The position numbers and the translations under genes are program-made. The notes beneath the pieces are model-generated. The model did no database searches and was not told the origin of the DNA. It saw only the letters and a program-made list of their open reading frames with translations. Positions 39,182 through 51,564 of a DNA stretch of 64,000 bases are shown here, piece by piece; positions within the stretch are counted from its first letter, which is position 1; each line of letters opens with the position of its first letter. The stretch covers positions 1,153,550-1,217,549 of the forward strand of contig MU006094.1 of NCBI GenBank assembly GCA_010093705.1. Reading direction: 5' to 3'. This DNA is from Patellaria atrata CBS 101060. Its lineage: Eukaryota.

Positions 39182-40204
39182 ATGTATAATTTTATCTCCA
39201 CTCACTCGAGACAGCAATGGAGTCTCCGATCTCATCTTGTTACCCCTCTATTCGGCCGCTCTTATCACGTTCATTCCAGTCGTCGACGTGAAGCTACAGA
39301 AATTTTTAATGAGCCTGCTAAGACTATCAATTACAGAGCGTCGAAACATGCCCGATCATCTCGTCGACCAATTCTTTATGCTGCGATCTTCTTCGTACTA
39401 GGGATCGCCATCGGTCGAACCGTAAACCCATTCCTCAGTCCCACCCCACTTCCACTCCTGGACAGTCCCGAAGAGCGTCTATTGAGCAAATCATCATCAA
39501 AGGCAATTGATGCATTGCCTATTATACAGGAACTTCGATCCTCCATATCACCGAATCCCAACGACTCAAAAGCCCTCTACTCCAATGTCGAGCGGGAGAA
39601 GTTTTCTTCAGGTAGATATGCTGGATTCGTTGAGATTTTACCCGGGCATGGACAAGCAGTTTCGAGAACTTTTACAAGAAAATCGCTAGCGGGCTCAAAC
39701 AAAGTCGGACAGACCCGAACATTCTTCAACCCCAGTACTAAAGAAGTGATTGCCGTTATCTGGTTTGGGACGTTGGTATCCGGTTGGCCAACAATTACTC
39801 ATGGCGGCGTGATTGCGACGATAATGCAGGACAATATGACCAAAGTGCTTACGGGGCTCAAGAATCTAGAAGATATACGAGAGCCCTCTACTTTGAGCAT
39901 AACTTATCTTGCTCCCACGTGGTCAAATAACTTCTTTGTACTGCGAGCCAAACTTGGTGCATCAGAACCGTCACAGAAAGAGTCAGATGTAGGACAGAGA
40001 CCGGAACCATCTAAGGACTTGACCAAGGAGATACAGAACCAACCAAATTTCTTCAAACCTACAATACGTCTCCAGACGTCCGCTACGTTGGAAACCCTTG
40101 ACGGCAAGATCTGTGTCAAGAGCAAAGCATTATGGGAGATATGTGATATTCCCGAGCATATACGGGAGGATTTACTCACTTCACCCATTCCAATTGTTCG
40201 TTGA
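39182..40204 (+). CDS. HotDog-fold thioesterase family protein, FMP10-like, probably mitochondrial
   Basis: Arg/Ser-rich N-terminus, one transmembrane segment, WFGTLVSGWPTITHGGVIATIM, LSITYLAPT and ATLETLDGKICV. Confidence 0.7.
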   Translation: MYNFISTHSRQQWSLRSHLVTPLFGRSYHVHSSRRREATEIFNEPAKTINYRASKHARSSRRPILYAAIFFVLGIAIGRTVNPFLSPTPLPLLDSPEERLLSKSSSKAIDALPIIQELRSSISPNPNDSKALYSNVEREKFSSGRYAGFVEILPGHGQAVSRTFTRKSLAGSNKVGQTRTFFNPSTKEVIAVIWFGTLVSGWPTITHGGVIATIMQDNMTKVLTGLKNLEDIREPSTLSITYLAPTWSNNFFVLRAKLGASEPSQKESDVGQRPEPSKDLTKEIQNQPNFFKPTIRLQTSATLETLDGKICVKSKALWEICDIPEHIREDLLTSPIPIVR

Positions 40205-40599
40205 AAAAATAATAATAATAATGAATTTAACAGCATGAACGAGCATCTACATTGACTACGAGCATTGGATTAGAGATTCTAGAGGTTGTGAACGACCTCT
40301 TGGATATCTATATATATTGTGGCTCAGTTCGAACTAGCGCAAGACGTGGACGGGAGCATCGCGATCTTCTGAGCGCAGAAACGAGGGGCTGGGGGAGTGA
40401 GGCTGAGCAGCGTACCGTAAGGTAGTAGCGGTTACAGTAGAACTACCTTACCTTTTTATACCAGACATTTCCATTATACGACACTCGGACGATTTACATA
40501 CATTTTACACTTATAGCAAATAAAGCGCGCTGTAGGGGCCTCTGTCACTCATTGGGAGAAATTCACGTCGATAGAATTCCACGGCGAACGAAGAAGAGA

Positions 40600-42063
40600 A
40601 TGCTATTCTCTGTATACTCAGCTCTAGTTAGTAATAGATTGAAGGGAAGGATAGATTTTTTGCTTCCGGAAGTTAGACACCACAATAGTTTTCAGAAGAT
40701 ACGAGCGCTAATCACTCGATATGGTCCTTCTACCATCTTCTACTTGGTCGAAAACCCAGGAAATTTTCTCTATGTCTTGACACGTATCGAGAAAGATATA
40801 CTACCATCTAAAGCACCTGCTGCTGTTCAGTTTCGTGATTCAATGATGAATGAATTGAACCTTATAGCAGTAGCAGTAAGTTCGTGAGTTCCGGATACCA
40901 CTTCAATGGTCAATTAACTTGCTCAGGGTGCTATTCTTGCTCAGGTTGCTATTACTAGTCTGTCGCTATCCAATTTGTACGAGACGCATTGGACTGCAGT
41001 GGCTTTGTTCATAGCAAGCTTAGTTCATGGTTGCCTCGCGGTCTACGTTTCCGTCATCGCACACTCACGTTTAAGTGCTCGGTCTAAGGACGACGAGATC
41101 AAAGACTGGTTACGTAAACCACAGCACGGAATTAACGCTGAAGAATTGACCTACAGGACGCTGGAGGTTGAGGATCTTACAGCGCGTGTTCTCAATGGAA
41201 GAGTTCCTGTCACCGATGCTTCTCATGAGCAGAAGTCGTTGCATCGGCTCGTTGAGAACTTACAGTCCAACGTTGGATCTTCGCACACAGCATTCCTCCT
41301 AAGCGCGCCCCGGAAACTTCTCAATCGCTCTCTCCTCTGCTTTATCCTCGGCATGGCCATTTATCTGGGCCTCATCATGACGAGGCGGCTCAACTCAGAA
41401 CTCGGCTACCACGGCTCGATCGCAGTTTTCGTAGTGTTCATCATCACAGCCTTCATAAATATGATGTATTACGCCGTTCCCAAATCGGGCTTGAACAGTG
41501 AATATACCCCCATGCCGATCTTTGGCCGCGCGGTAGTCTCTTTACAACAAGCAATCGAAGAACGTCGTCAAGCTATTGGAATTGGACCTATTCCGTTATC
41601 CCCTTCATCTCCTCCATCCCCGCAAACAATCGTGTATCCCAGTGTCAATACTTCTCCTTCTTCAATCGAACACAACGATGACGTCGAAGCTGGCGCTTCC
41701 ATTAACGCGTCGACCATAACCTCTCTTTCCGCGCCCGACGGAATATCCACACATAGCTTCTCCACTCCCGAGATCAAATCCTCGCCTACAGACTCTCGGA
41801 TAGAATTGCAGCAGCTCTTTCCTGCTTCATCTCAAGTACTACCGCCTCCAATATCAACGTCCTTAGAACCGCAGGCGAGACTTCCTTCCCCCAATCTTGA
41901 CTCACCTCAACCCGGTAGTCAAGCCAGCAGCGTCGCGGATCAAACGTCGCTCATAACCGCGCTCGAAACACTACTCAGCCTCCAGCAGCAAACTGTAATA
42001 GCGACGCAAGCGTTGCTGCAGGAATATAAAACCGCGCAGCAGAGAGCAGGGGAGGATGTGTAG
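40600..42063 (+). CDS. Hypothetical multi-pass membrane protein with Ser/Pro-rich tail (2 exons)
   Basis: ORF 40600-40875 is spliced (GTAAGT..CAG, ~40876-40926) to a long ORF with about four hydrophobic helices. Confidence 0.7.
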
Positions 42064-43026
42064 TCTACGCTTTCAGTCGGTTGAGGACTGGCATTTTGGA
42101 TACCACTTTAGATTTGTGATTTTATTATGCGGGCTATTTCTTCTTCTTGGTTCGGGATTTGGCGTTTACGGATCTACGTCAGAGCAATTGGCGTCTTTTG
42201 ACGTCAATGGCGCTGTGGGTGGACTGTTTGAATAATATGTAACTTCATGGCCTAGCACCCTTAGTAGGGATATCTGGTATGATGTGAGAAGGTTTGCACG
42301 CAGTGTCAATCTATCTGATATCCCCTATTATCTTCGTGTAAATATTCATGCGCTCTCGTTCGCTTGTACGGTACGGTATCTAGTATGCATTTATTAGATG
42401 TACCTTCAGCTCTATCTTGTTATCTCCGTCAATATTCACGCTGTCTCGTTAGTCGTACATTATCTATGGATGTCCTAGGCATACATTAAGTTTTGTACAA
42501 ATTCCATCAACTTACCGGTTTTTGTAACATCGCATGTCGAGGCTCTACCCCAGAGCGGCTGCCTGTACAATTTTCCGCAAGGTTCTGCAAGGTAGGGAAA
42601 GGTACCGGGTCGAAATCATGCGTGGTACCGTATCGCGCTCAACAATCCTGATGACACCTTGCTCTGTATGTTGGTGGAGGTGGCATCTCACGCAGCGGGT
42701 GCAAACACACAGATCCAATCTAGTAATCGATCATTCACAAAGTTTGTACCGATCAACTAAACGTGGCCTCAATACCACACACAACTACAGACCAACTACC
42801 CATACCACCCATACACTTCAGAACAGATAGCCATCTACAACGCCGCGAAGAATGCCGCTAACAAAGTGCCGAAACTCCTACAGATCAAACAGAAAGAGGA
42901 ACAAGAATGCCTTTTGAACGCCAGACCGATGCATCCATAGCGCACCTGACACATCCATCCGCCCCCTCCTGATCCCCAGATAATCACTCTCCCACCACCC
43001 CATACCTCCCCATACGAGGAGGGGTG

Positions 43027-44399
43027 TTATACCACATCCACGCTCCCCGGACTCCCCGTAACCGTCCCCTCCTCCTCCGGAACAAAACTCCCCGTCTCAT
43101 CCTCTCCATCCTTATCCTCACTCGCAACACTAGCAACACTAACAAAACTCTGCTGCCGCCCAACCTTCTGTTTTTTCTTCGTCGCAGGCACAGCCTCCTC
43201 ATCGTCCTCCCTCTCCCTCTTCCCATTCGCCTCCGCCTTCGGCAATCTCTTCGCCGCCACTTTATCCTTCTTCTTTTCCTTTTCGGGGGGATCGGGGACG
43301 CTTGTCTGACCACCACTGGCGGCTGCGGCTGCGGCGGCAGCAGCCATGCGCTCACGATCCGCTTTCTTGATATAGCTGCTCTTCTTCTTCTTTTTCAGGG
43401 GTTGGGCTTCCTCCTCTTCGTCGTCTTCTGCGCCCTTTTTCACCGGGCTCTTTTTATCTTTTCCCGCGGGGGCAGGGGTGCCCATCCTGCTTCCGCTCGG
43501 CGTGCCGTTCTGCGTGCCGTTCTGCGAGCCCTGGATCTTGGCGAGCGCATTGCGCGATGATTGTCTGCCGGATATGCCGAGGCATTTTTCGAGGTGTTGG
43601 GCGAAGCGGGTAATGAGGAGGGAACGTTTGCAGTTGGGGCAGGTGTGCCAGGGGATGTAGTGGGCGCCTTTGCCGGTGGGGGCGAGTTTGTTGATGCTCG
43701 TTATGTCTTTGTCTTTGTCTTCCAGGGCTCCTGAGTCTTGGGAGCCGGGTGTGGAGGTGCCGTCTTGAGCCTTCTGTTGCTGTTTTAGAAGTTCTCTCTC
43801 CTTTTTGGTCTTGTTTGATTGGTCTACAGGAAACGCGATGCCGTAGATGTCGTGTCCCGGTTTTTGCTGAAATGGGTGTTTGGTACAGTATTCCTTTGTG
43901 AAGTCTGGAACTCGGCTTCCAGCTCCTGAAATTGGGTACAGTAGTCGAGGTAGTTTACACTGAGGACAGAACACCTCGGGCGTTGTTTTAAACGGATTGC
44001 CCCGTAAATGTATCCTACCGTTGTCGTATACTGCACCGGGTGTCTCTACTCGGATAGGAGGGGGTTGTGGGAAGGAGCCTTTGGCGGGTGGAGGTAGGGA
44101 AGATGGGTCGGATGATGCAGTCGCTTCAGCAGCTTGAGTTGCTAGGACTGCCGCTGATGACATGCGAAGGAGCTTCTCTGAGCGATGTGTAGATAGAACT
44201 ATGTCGTGGATGATGTTGAAAAGACAGTCTTCGAGGATCGAGCCAGCCTATTATAGGCTGTTAGTGGACATCTCTTACCACGATGAGTACGTGAGAGAAA
44301 GGGTCCGCATACAAACTCTGCCAAATCTGCCCCATTCACCTTTATCTTCTTGGTCTCTTCTGCCCCCGTAGCTGAACTATCTCCTACATTTTCAGACAT
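43027..44399 (-). CDS. SGF11: SAGA deubiquitination module subunit Sgf11
   Basis: Zinc finger HTCPNCKRSLLITRFAQHLEKCLG and N-terminal ILEDCLFNIIHDIVLSTHRSEK, with one intron at ~44250-44312. Confidence 0.9.
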
Positions 44400-45475
44400 G
44401 ACTGGCTTGGTGTGACCGTTCCACCACAAGCCCTTAGACAGTCAACTATGCCGGTGAGAAGCAGAATGAGAGGGAGCTGTGGTAGGTCTAAGTGAAAAGA
44501 GTGAGGAAAGGTTATTCGAGCGGACAATAGCACCGTGCGAGGATACCCTATACTCGACGTTAGCATTCTGACTATAATGCCAGAGGAGGAGCTCCCGGGG
44601 GACTCACCCAGCCACGTGCTCCCCCGATCAGGTCTTCTACAACCCCGTCGGTCACAAGGATTGAAGCAGAATCTCGCGTATGAGATGGAATACAACTACC
44701 GTCACGCGATAGTAAGGTCTAGGGACTCGTAACGCTGCGAGATGCCATAACGGGGCTCGCGATGCTTGACCGGGATCCACAGACGTGGCAAGGCCAGGAA
44801 ATCCCCATATCCAGGCGACCGTATCGAACTCGTGATTTCTCCTTGGGATCGAACAGGTCACCAAAGCTACGAAGAAGGGAAGGAAGTAAGATTAGAGGCG
44901 TACGTTAATTGAATATATCTTACGAAGCGTGTGAACTAATGGGGGATGATTATTATCCGGCAGTCTCATCTCGAAATGGAAAGGTCAAATTGCAGGGGTG
45001 CAGAAGCCGCCTCAGTTTCAGCCCTACCACAGTACAGCAGAGCGTGAGGTGAGCAGCCACCAAACCTGAGCCTCAGGCTCCCATATATGTTCTAGCCTCA
45101 CAACCTCACACCATCTCGTCTTTGATAAGGTTCTTAAAATTCACCTCTCTATGCCGGCTTCGTACTGACATAGTGGTATTTCCATGGACATTATAGAGAC
45201 TTTACCGAGGACTTTGTTCAACAATCTACCAGGTAACATATGCTGTTGGACCCCGCACCCTAATATGCTGCGAGGTCGCACAACATGGTCGAAGAACCAA
45301 TCTCAGATGATATAACCTCGTCAGGCGTTTAGGCAGTGGTAAGGGGCAACTTGGAATTGAAATGCTCCTTGTTGGTTCAAATTCTCGTATCTCCCTCTCA
45401 CTCTTCTCCCTTTTCTTGTACTCTGCCTCAAAATGAAGTTTTCTGGTCTTCTTGTTTTATCTTCGTTAAAATCAG

Positions 45476-46762
45476 ATGGCTGGCTATCCTCCCCTTACAA
45501 CTCTCTTCGTTCCTCCCTCAGATTGTGCTCGAATATGGAGATATGCTGGCGAAGGAGAGACGGACATATTTGGCTACTCTAGGGGTACCCGTCTCTACAA
45601 AGATATCACTGCGCCGTCCGATAATATTATCCCGTGCGAGAGCTGCTTTGACAGATGCAAACCATCGGGCTGGACATACCCACCTGCTTCTTTCAGTCCA
45701 GGAATTTGCCCCTTTGGATACGTTACCGTTGATACCAAAACGGATGGAGAGTCATCCACCGATGCCGCTTGCTGTCCAGAGTATGCTTACTTCCTTATTC
45801 GCACTGAAAAGCGCCCTCCAGTGCAAAGTTGATAGATGTTTATTTTTTACGTTACCGAATTCGTCAAGCAGCAGGTTTGTGGCTGTGTTAGAGGTATCTT
45901 TCGTAAGATACCACTAACCGAATTCTAAGTGATACCCATGTTCGAAGGATGCCTGGAGGGTGCAGTATTCCTCACCTCTAACTCTGGGCTAACTTCTTCT
46001 TCCTATGATAGGGGTCTTACGTTCACGAGTGCCAGCATTGGATCCGCCCCGGCAACATGGTTCTGTGGGGGAAATTTCTTTACCTCGACAGCCATCGATC
46101 GGATAGGCCTGGAGCAGGTCTCGAGGCCTACGGGATATTCTTATCCTCTCGTCCACACAACAGTCGGGCCTGGCACAAAATTTGCATGGCCAATATTCGT
46201 CGCCTGGCATGACAACGAGTTGTCCTCACTTGAGGAAGCAGCGCAAGCAGGGTTAGATGCTGTTGCTTCTTCAACCTCTGCTACCTCGTTCTCTCTTACC
46301 ACAACAGAAACTGGATCAAGCAATATGCCCACTGATTCCAGTACCTTGGTTTTGACGTCCGGCTCTCCGGCGGATATTACTCCAGGTAGAACGGCACAAA
46401 CCGTTCCACAAACCAGCACTTCCAATCCCGATGCTGGATCTAGCTCGAGTTCTCTAACAGCTGGCGAAATAGCCGCTATTCCTATCAGTGTCTCTGCAGC
46501 TATTTTTCTAGCTGGTATTGCAGTCTATGTTCTTAGGCGTCGACGCCGGAATGACTCTAGCGGAAAACTAGGAGGAGCAGAATTGGATGCCAGCAACAGT
46601 CATCCGCGGGAAATCGATGCAGTCGAGCCTGGGTCAAGAGAGATGGAAGCGGTGGGAAGTAGTAGATGGGAAGCCGGAGGGAAAGCGTTGTTCGAGTTAG
46701 AAGCACCGGTTCAACGGAGTGAGTTAGAGGGAGAAAAACTGAGCCGGCCGGAACTTAGATGA
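45476..46762 (+). CDS. Single-pass membrane protein with Cys-containing N-terminus and Ser/Thr-rich stalk (Mid2/WSC-like architecture)
   Basis: PLTTLFVPPSDC and SFSPGICPFGY...AACCP, then an intron, an S/T-rich region, the transmembrane segment AAIPISVSAAIFLAGIAVYVL, RRRRR and repeated E-L/I/M-D/E-A tail motifs. Confidence 0.75.
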
Positions 46763-47099
46763 GCTCGGTCGTCAATATAAAGCTATCATTTCCTTTGAAC
46801 TAATACGGTGAGGGCATGGTAATACATCACTAGGATTGCACCGTTTTTCTATAGTAATACCTGGATGAACTGAAAGAGGTTCTTATGTATAGCTTATCAT
46901 CTAATTTAGATGTATGGTGAATTGGATTGTAGATCAATATATGGCTTCTCTTATAAGATACTTTGTACTGTAGTGTAAGAAAGAACAGGGCAAGTAAGTT
47001 ACGATTACGTCATCCACCATATTTAAGACCATAACCTCCCCGTCAGCTCAGGGTAAAAGGCTTCCTTTCATTCATCAAAGTGTAATTATTGTATCCATG

Positions 47100-49231
47100 G
47101 AATAATAGTCCCATTGAAGTAGTATTGGGTTGATATCCTGTACAATATCATCGACATTTTGACGTCCTAGAGTAGTTCTTACCGATGGGAGACCTTTCGA
47201 AACTTCAGAGCGTTATTGTCGATGAAAACAGTAGGGTATCCTCTTGAGTAGGGCAGACTTTGCCCAATTTTGCGAATAATATAGAAAGCATCTAACACTG
47301 TCTTTCTAGATGGTAACACGCGTAAAGGTCTTTCCTTTGCAACCGACGATCTCAATTTGCTTTCTGTAAGATCTGACTTTGCTCCGAACCTCCTCAATAT
47401 ATGAGCAACCTCGTCGGCCCAGCTCAGATTCAGTTCATCAACCAGGGCACTCAATGATGTTACCACTCTATCTTCAAACGCCATCAATCTAGACCTCGTC
47501 AAACTCTGGATCAAAGAGTGAAAATTAATCATGGAGACGAATGTCAACGTCGAGAACTTGGTTCCCTCAACACGCTTGACGCAGATATCTTCCTCGTTGA
47601 CGTCCAAAGAAAGTGTCTGGTGAAAGGAACCACTAAAATTCGTTACGTGACGCTGAGCTATGTATGGGGTTCTGCAACTTAATTTCAGCTTACCTCGAAA
47701 CGCGTCGACTCACTGATGAAACCTCGCATCTTATTACGATACCAGGATTTCATACCCCAGGTGATTCAAAGATGCCATTGTAACCGTTCGTGATATGGGT
47801 GAATCGTACTTATGGGTTGATTCCCTATGTGTAACCTAGGACGACTCGCTGGCAAAGCATGATCAGATCTCTCAGATGGCCGCTATATATAACAACGCTC
47901 TGCTGACCATCATTGCTGTCGCAGCACGGAATACCAACTCTTCTCTTCCTGGCGTACGTCCGAATACCAGGTGGAAGCGCTCGTGGGTATCCGATAAATT
48001 GCAACTCACCAGACCACTTCGTCCGGATAAGGTCCTCAAAGCGATCGATCGGTCACTCTATGTATCACGGGGTTGGACTTTCGAAGAACGACTCCTATCA
48101 AGACGGTGTCTTTACTTTTTTGATGAGCAGGTATACCTTCAATGTCGGTCAGAACTGTGGTGTGAGGAGCCTCAGTTGATCGGAATGACACTTAAACTCG
48201 GCGGAGATAGTACTGTACTGGACTTTCGATTCAATCTTTTGGTTCGCACTTTGCGGTGGGTAGAGAGCATCCGATTCGGGGATTACGACGTAAGTTTTAA
48301 TTACTATGCCGATTTAGTTGCGGATTACTCCTCCAAGCAGTTATCATTCCCTTCAGATATCATGAATGCTTTCTCGGGTGTCATTACCGCTCTTGAGGGT
48401 TATTCTGGGTGGTCATTCATTCATGGGTTACCGGAGGAATTATTTGACTGCGCGTTCCTTTGGATACCGAAGGCAAAAGCGGACAGACGCTATCCAGCAT
48501 CGCCAGCGCTCGGCAGTTATTTTCCAAGCTGGTCTTGGTTTGGATGGACGGGTGAAGTCTTCTTCAGGATCACTGAACAATATGAGATACAAGATTTTAG
48601 CACCGAGCTAACCTTCCGTATCGTCAGGCGGTACATCAAAGGAAAGACAAAGAGGTCTGATTGGGAGGTATATCTTGGTGCTCGTGCAACCCCATCTGAG
48701 CTACAGGCGACTCTGGAGAACGTACAAAAGATTTCGACGTCGGTAGGAAGCTCATCCAAATCACTTTCTCAAGTCCAAGCGGACAAAGATCAGCTTGGCA
48801 GTATTCTAAGATTTCAGGCGTTCACAGTCAAAGCTAGTCGATTTACTTTCGAGGACTCCTCTTCAGCCTTCTTACCAGAGAATTGGTTCAACCACGCCTT
48901 GAAAGGGACATCTCTACTTCAAAATACACCCGGCGCCTAGCTCTTCCTCGATCATCCGCACAGAAATTCACGCTCAGCGTGTGGCTTTCTACGCGCCGTC
49001 GACAGTCAGGTCTTGCACCGGCAGCATTGGTCCAAACTAGATATTATCTTAGTAACTCGGTTCAATCGAACCCTCGCACATCTAGATCTGAATATATTGT
49101 CTTGTAATACATACAATGTGATGCTCATCCAGTGGAAAGGCTCACTTGCGGGGCGGGTCGCAGTCGGTCATATTGATGAACCAGCTTGGTATTTAGCTGA
49201 GCCGACGGAGCGCCGGATATTACTCGCGTAA
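47100..49231 (+). pseudogene. Second HET-domain gene, inactivated by stops and frameshifts
   Basis: LVDVQRKCLV, YVTLSYVWG, DAIVTVRDMGESYLWVDSLCVT*DD, QISQMAAIY, RGWTFEERLLSRRCL, YSSKQLSFPSDIMNAFSG, FPSWSWFGW and YNVMLIQW..RVAVGHI..AW. The 5' boundary is approximate. Confidence 0.88.
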
Positions 49232-49469
49232 GTTGTTCATGGAATGAGTTGAATATGTCTGCTTAAGGCATTTTTGGATCGCTGTACAGTACACTTGGTA
49301 TGGATTCCGAATCGGTACTCATTCTCCACGCTATTAGTGTGAAGTTAGTTTGATTACGTTTGCATCACCGTTTGGTTTAGTACCGCATTTAGTACTGTGA
49401 ATATATTATACATCTGGTACCCTATAAGATAGACATTTACTTTTCATCTACTCACTCTTCACTCCGATC

Positions 49470-50663
49470 TTAGCTGTGAAAGGCACTTGCAATTGCCAGA
49501 CTAACGACCGGGTAACTCATAATGCGATCATGGAGCCCATGCTTCACGATTTGCTCTCTCACTACTCCCGCTCTGGCCTTCCACTCGACTTCCCAGCCCC
49601 CTGCCCCTAGCATGACCCTACGTTGTTCTTTCTCATTCTCCAACTGGTCGAAGCTAAGAGCAGCTTCAGGATCGCGTGTGGCGTTTACAGCATGCCAAAA
49701 CACGACCTCAGAGTGGACCCAAGGAATATCATAATCGTCTTCAGCGTGAATAAGAGTGATATCATACTTAGTCTCCCGCTCTGCCAGCTTAAGATGTTCA
49801 CAATAACGAATAAAGGCAGCTAGCTTGTCTTTCGAGGGCCACTTGCTAATAATAAACCTATTGAAAAACCTAAGAGCTTTGGGGAAGTAAGCGATAGGGG
49901 AAAGAAGAGGGATGGTGCCCGCAACTTTATAAGTCTCGGTCAAGAGTTCCACGTCCGCGAAAGGGGCTACGAGAACCATCCCAGCAAAGAGCGTTGGAGG
50001 GGATTGCGTGGCTAAATGATGTGCGAGCGATATGCTGACGGCTGTGCCGAGAGATTGGGCAAAGATAACAGTGCGTTCTGGGGGAATCCCCGCCGTATTC
50101 ATGGCAAAGTTAGCAAGCGTGAGAGCATCGGTTAAGAGTCCGGCTTCAGATGGCCAGCCAGTACTTGATCCAAACCCACGATAATCTATCGCGAGGATGT
50201 GGACATAAGCTGCGGCGGCGGAGATGGCACGATAGCTCTGAGGCCGCCAGCCTGATCCAAGGGTTCCTGCTGCACCATGCAAATAGAGCACTAATCGTGC
50301 GTCTGGGTCGTCTTTCAGCAACCTAAATGCGAGTCTCTCTTCGAGGTTGTGACATAGTCCTACTGGTTCATTTCTCAGCTCTTTCTGGTTCTTGCGGTAT
50401 GTCTCGAGAGGGAGGATATGCCAGGTGTGCAAGGTCTCTCCATCTGGCGTGGAGAGCTGAAATGGTGTAACTTGGTTCCGTAGGAAACCCCATTGCTCGG
50501 GGACGTTTATGTCTTGAAACCATGTCAAGATGATTCGGTGTAGATAAATTACATGATCCTGAAGAGATGGGATTGTAAGAAGGGTGATGAAGATGAAGTA
50601 GAGGCCGGCGCCAGCTGCAATTGTGCCGAACAGGGGTCCCAGGACCGCCGAGACGGACGGCAT
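49470..50663 (-). CDS. ABHD12-like alpha/beta hydrolase with N-terminal membrane anchor (intronless)
   Basis: N-terminal transmembrane segment, LYLHGAAG, AIDYRGFGSSTG, nucleophile AQSLGT, IHAEDD and GLHDRI. Confidence 0.88.
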   Translation of the reverse strand: MPSVSAVLGPLFGTIAAGAGLYFIFITLLTIPSLQDHVIYLHRIILTWFQDINVPEQWGFLRNQVTPFQLSTPDGETLHTWHILPLETYRKNQKELRNEPVGLCHNLEERLAFRLLKDDPDARLVLYLHGAAGTLGSGWRPQSYRAISAAAAYVHILAIDYRGFGSSTGWPSEAGLLTDALTLANFAMNTAGIPPERTVIFAQSLGTAVSISLAHHLATQSPPTLFAGMVLVAPFADVELLTETYKVAGTIPLLSPIAYFPKALRFFNRFIISKWPSKDKLAAFIRYCEHLKLAERETKYDITLIHAEDDYDIPWVHSEVVFWHAVNATRDPEAALSFDQLENEKEQRRVMLGAGGWEVEWKARAGVVREQIVKHGLHDRIMSYPVVSLAIASAFHS

Positions 50664-51564
50664 GGCGCGAACGTGTCGAACTATGTTGCGACTTCAAGTC
50701 TGTTGTCGACATAAACTAAAAGAATGATTTTCAAGCGTGGTGTTGAACGTTTATTTAGCTTATGTATGACCATCGCATGTGATAGATGGATGGATGGGAA
50801 GACCGAAAATATCGTCTTAGCGCACACGGGTATGACTGGATAGGTCTATGTCGTTTCACCCCATGCAGATTTCCAGCTCAGATAGGGACCAGTAAGTGAT
50901 GTGTGTGACCCTTCTTACCGTACGGACTCAAACGGTCTACACTACCGTGTAACTCTTGCTTGCGTATCATAGATATCGTACGGACTGTACAGTACACCTT
51001 CTTAGTCCAACGTGAAGACAACACAAGACCCAAACACCACCTTGATATTTCCATTTTATGCGAGTTTTAGTCTTTTTAACAGCTCATACTGTAGGCTGTC
51101 CTTCAAAGCTTTACTTATTTCAGCAAGAATTTTCATGTCCTCCGAGCAGACGTATGGGTTAGCGGCACAGCTTGTCGGTACAGCTTGTCGGTTGGCCCCC
51201 ATGAACGCTGTGCCTCACTGGACCACCTTAAATCATTATCTGCAAGCCATGTTGAATTACTGGGTCTCTATATCACCAATAATTGGTTTCTTTTATACGG
51301 ATACAGAGAGTTTGCTCCTATTTCTGTTTCTGTTGTACAGATTGAAAGGATGGGGTGAGCATGCGAGGTATTCAAAGTCTACATTTATAGAGGACTTGAA
51401 GCCTTGTCAACAGATTGTACGGTTTCAACTCTTCTTATCTTACCATTATCTTCTTCAATTGGTTTCAACTTGATTGATTCTCGTGCGATACAGTCTCACA
51501 CCAACTGTCCAGGACTTCAAGCTGATGCACGCCTACGGTATTGCTTTGACCTTTGTATAAATCC

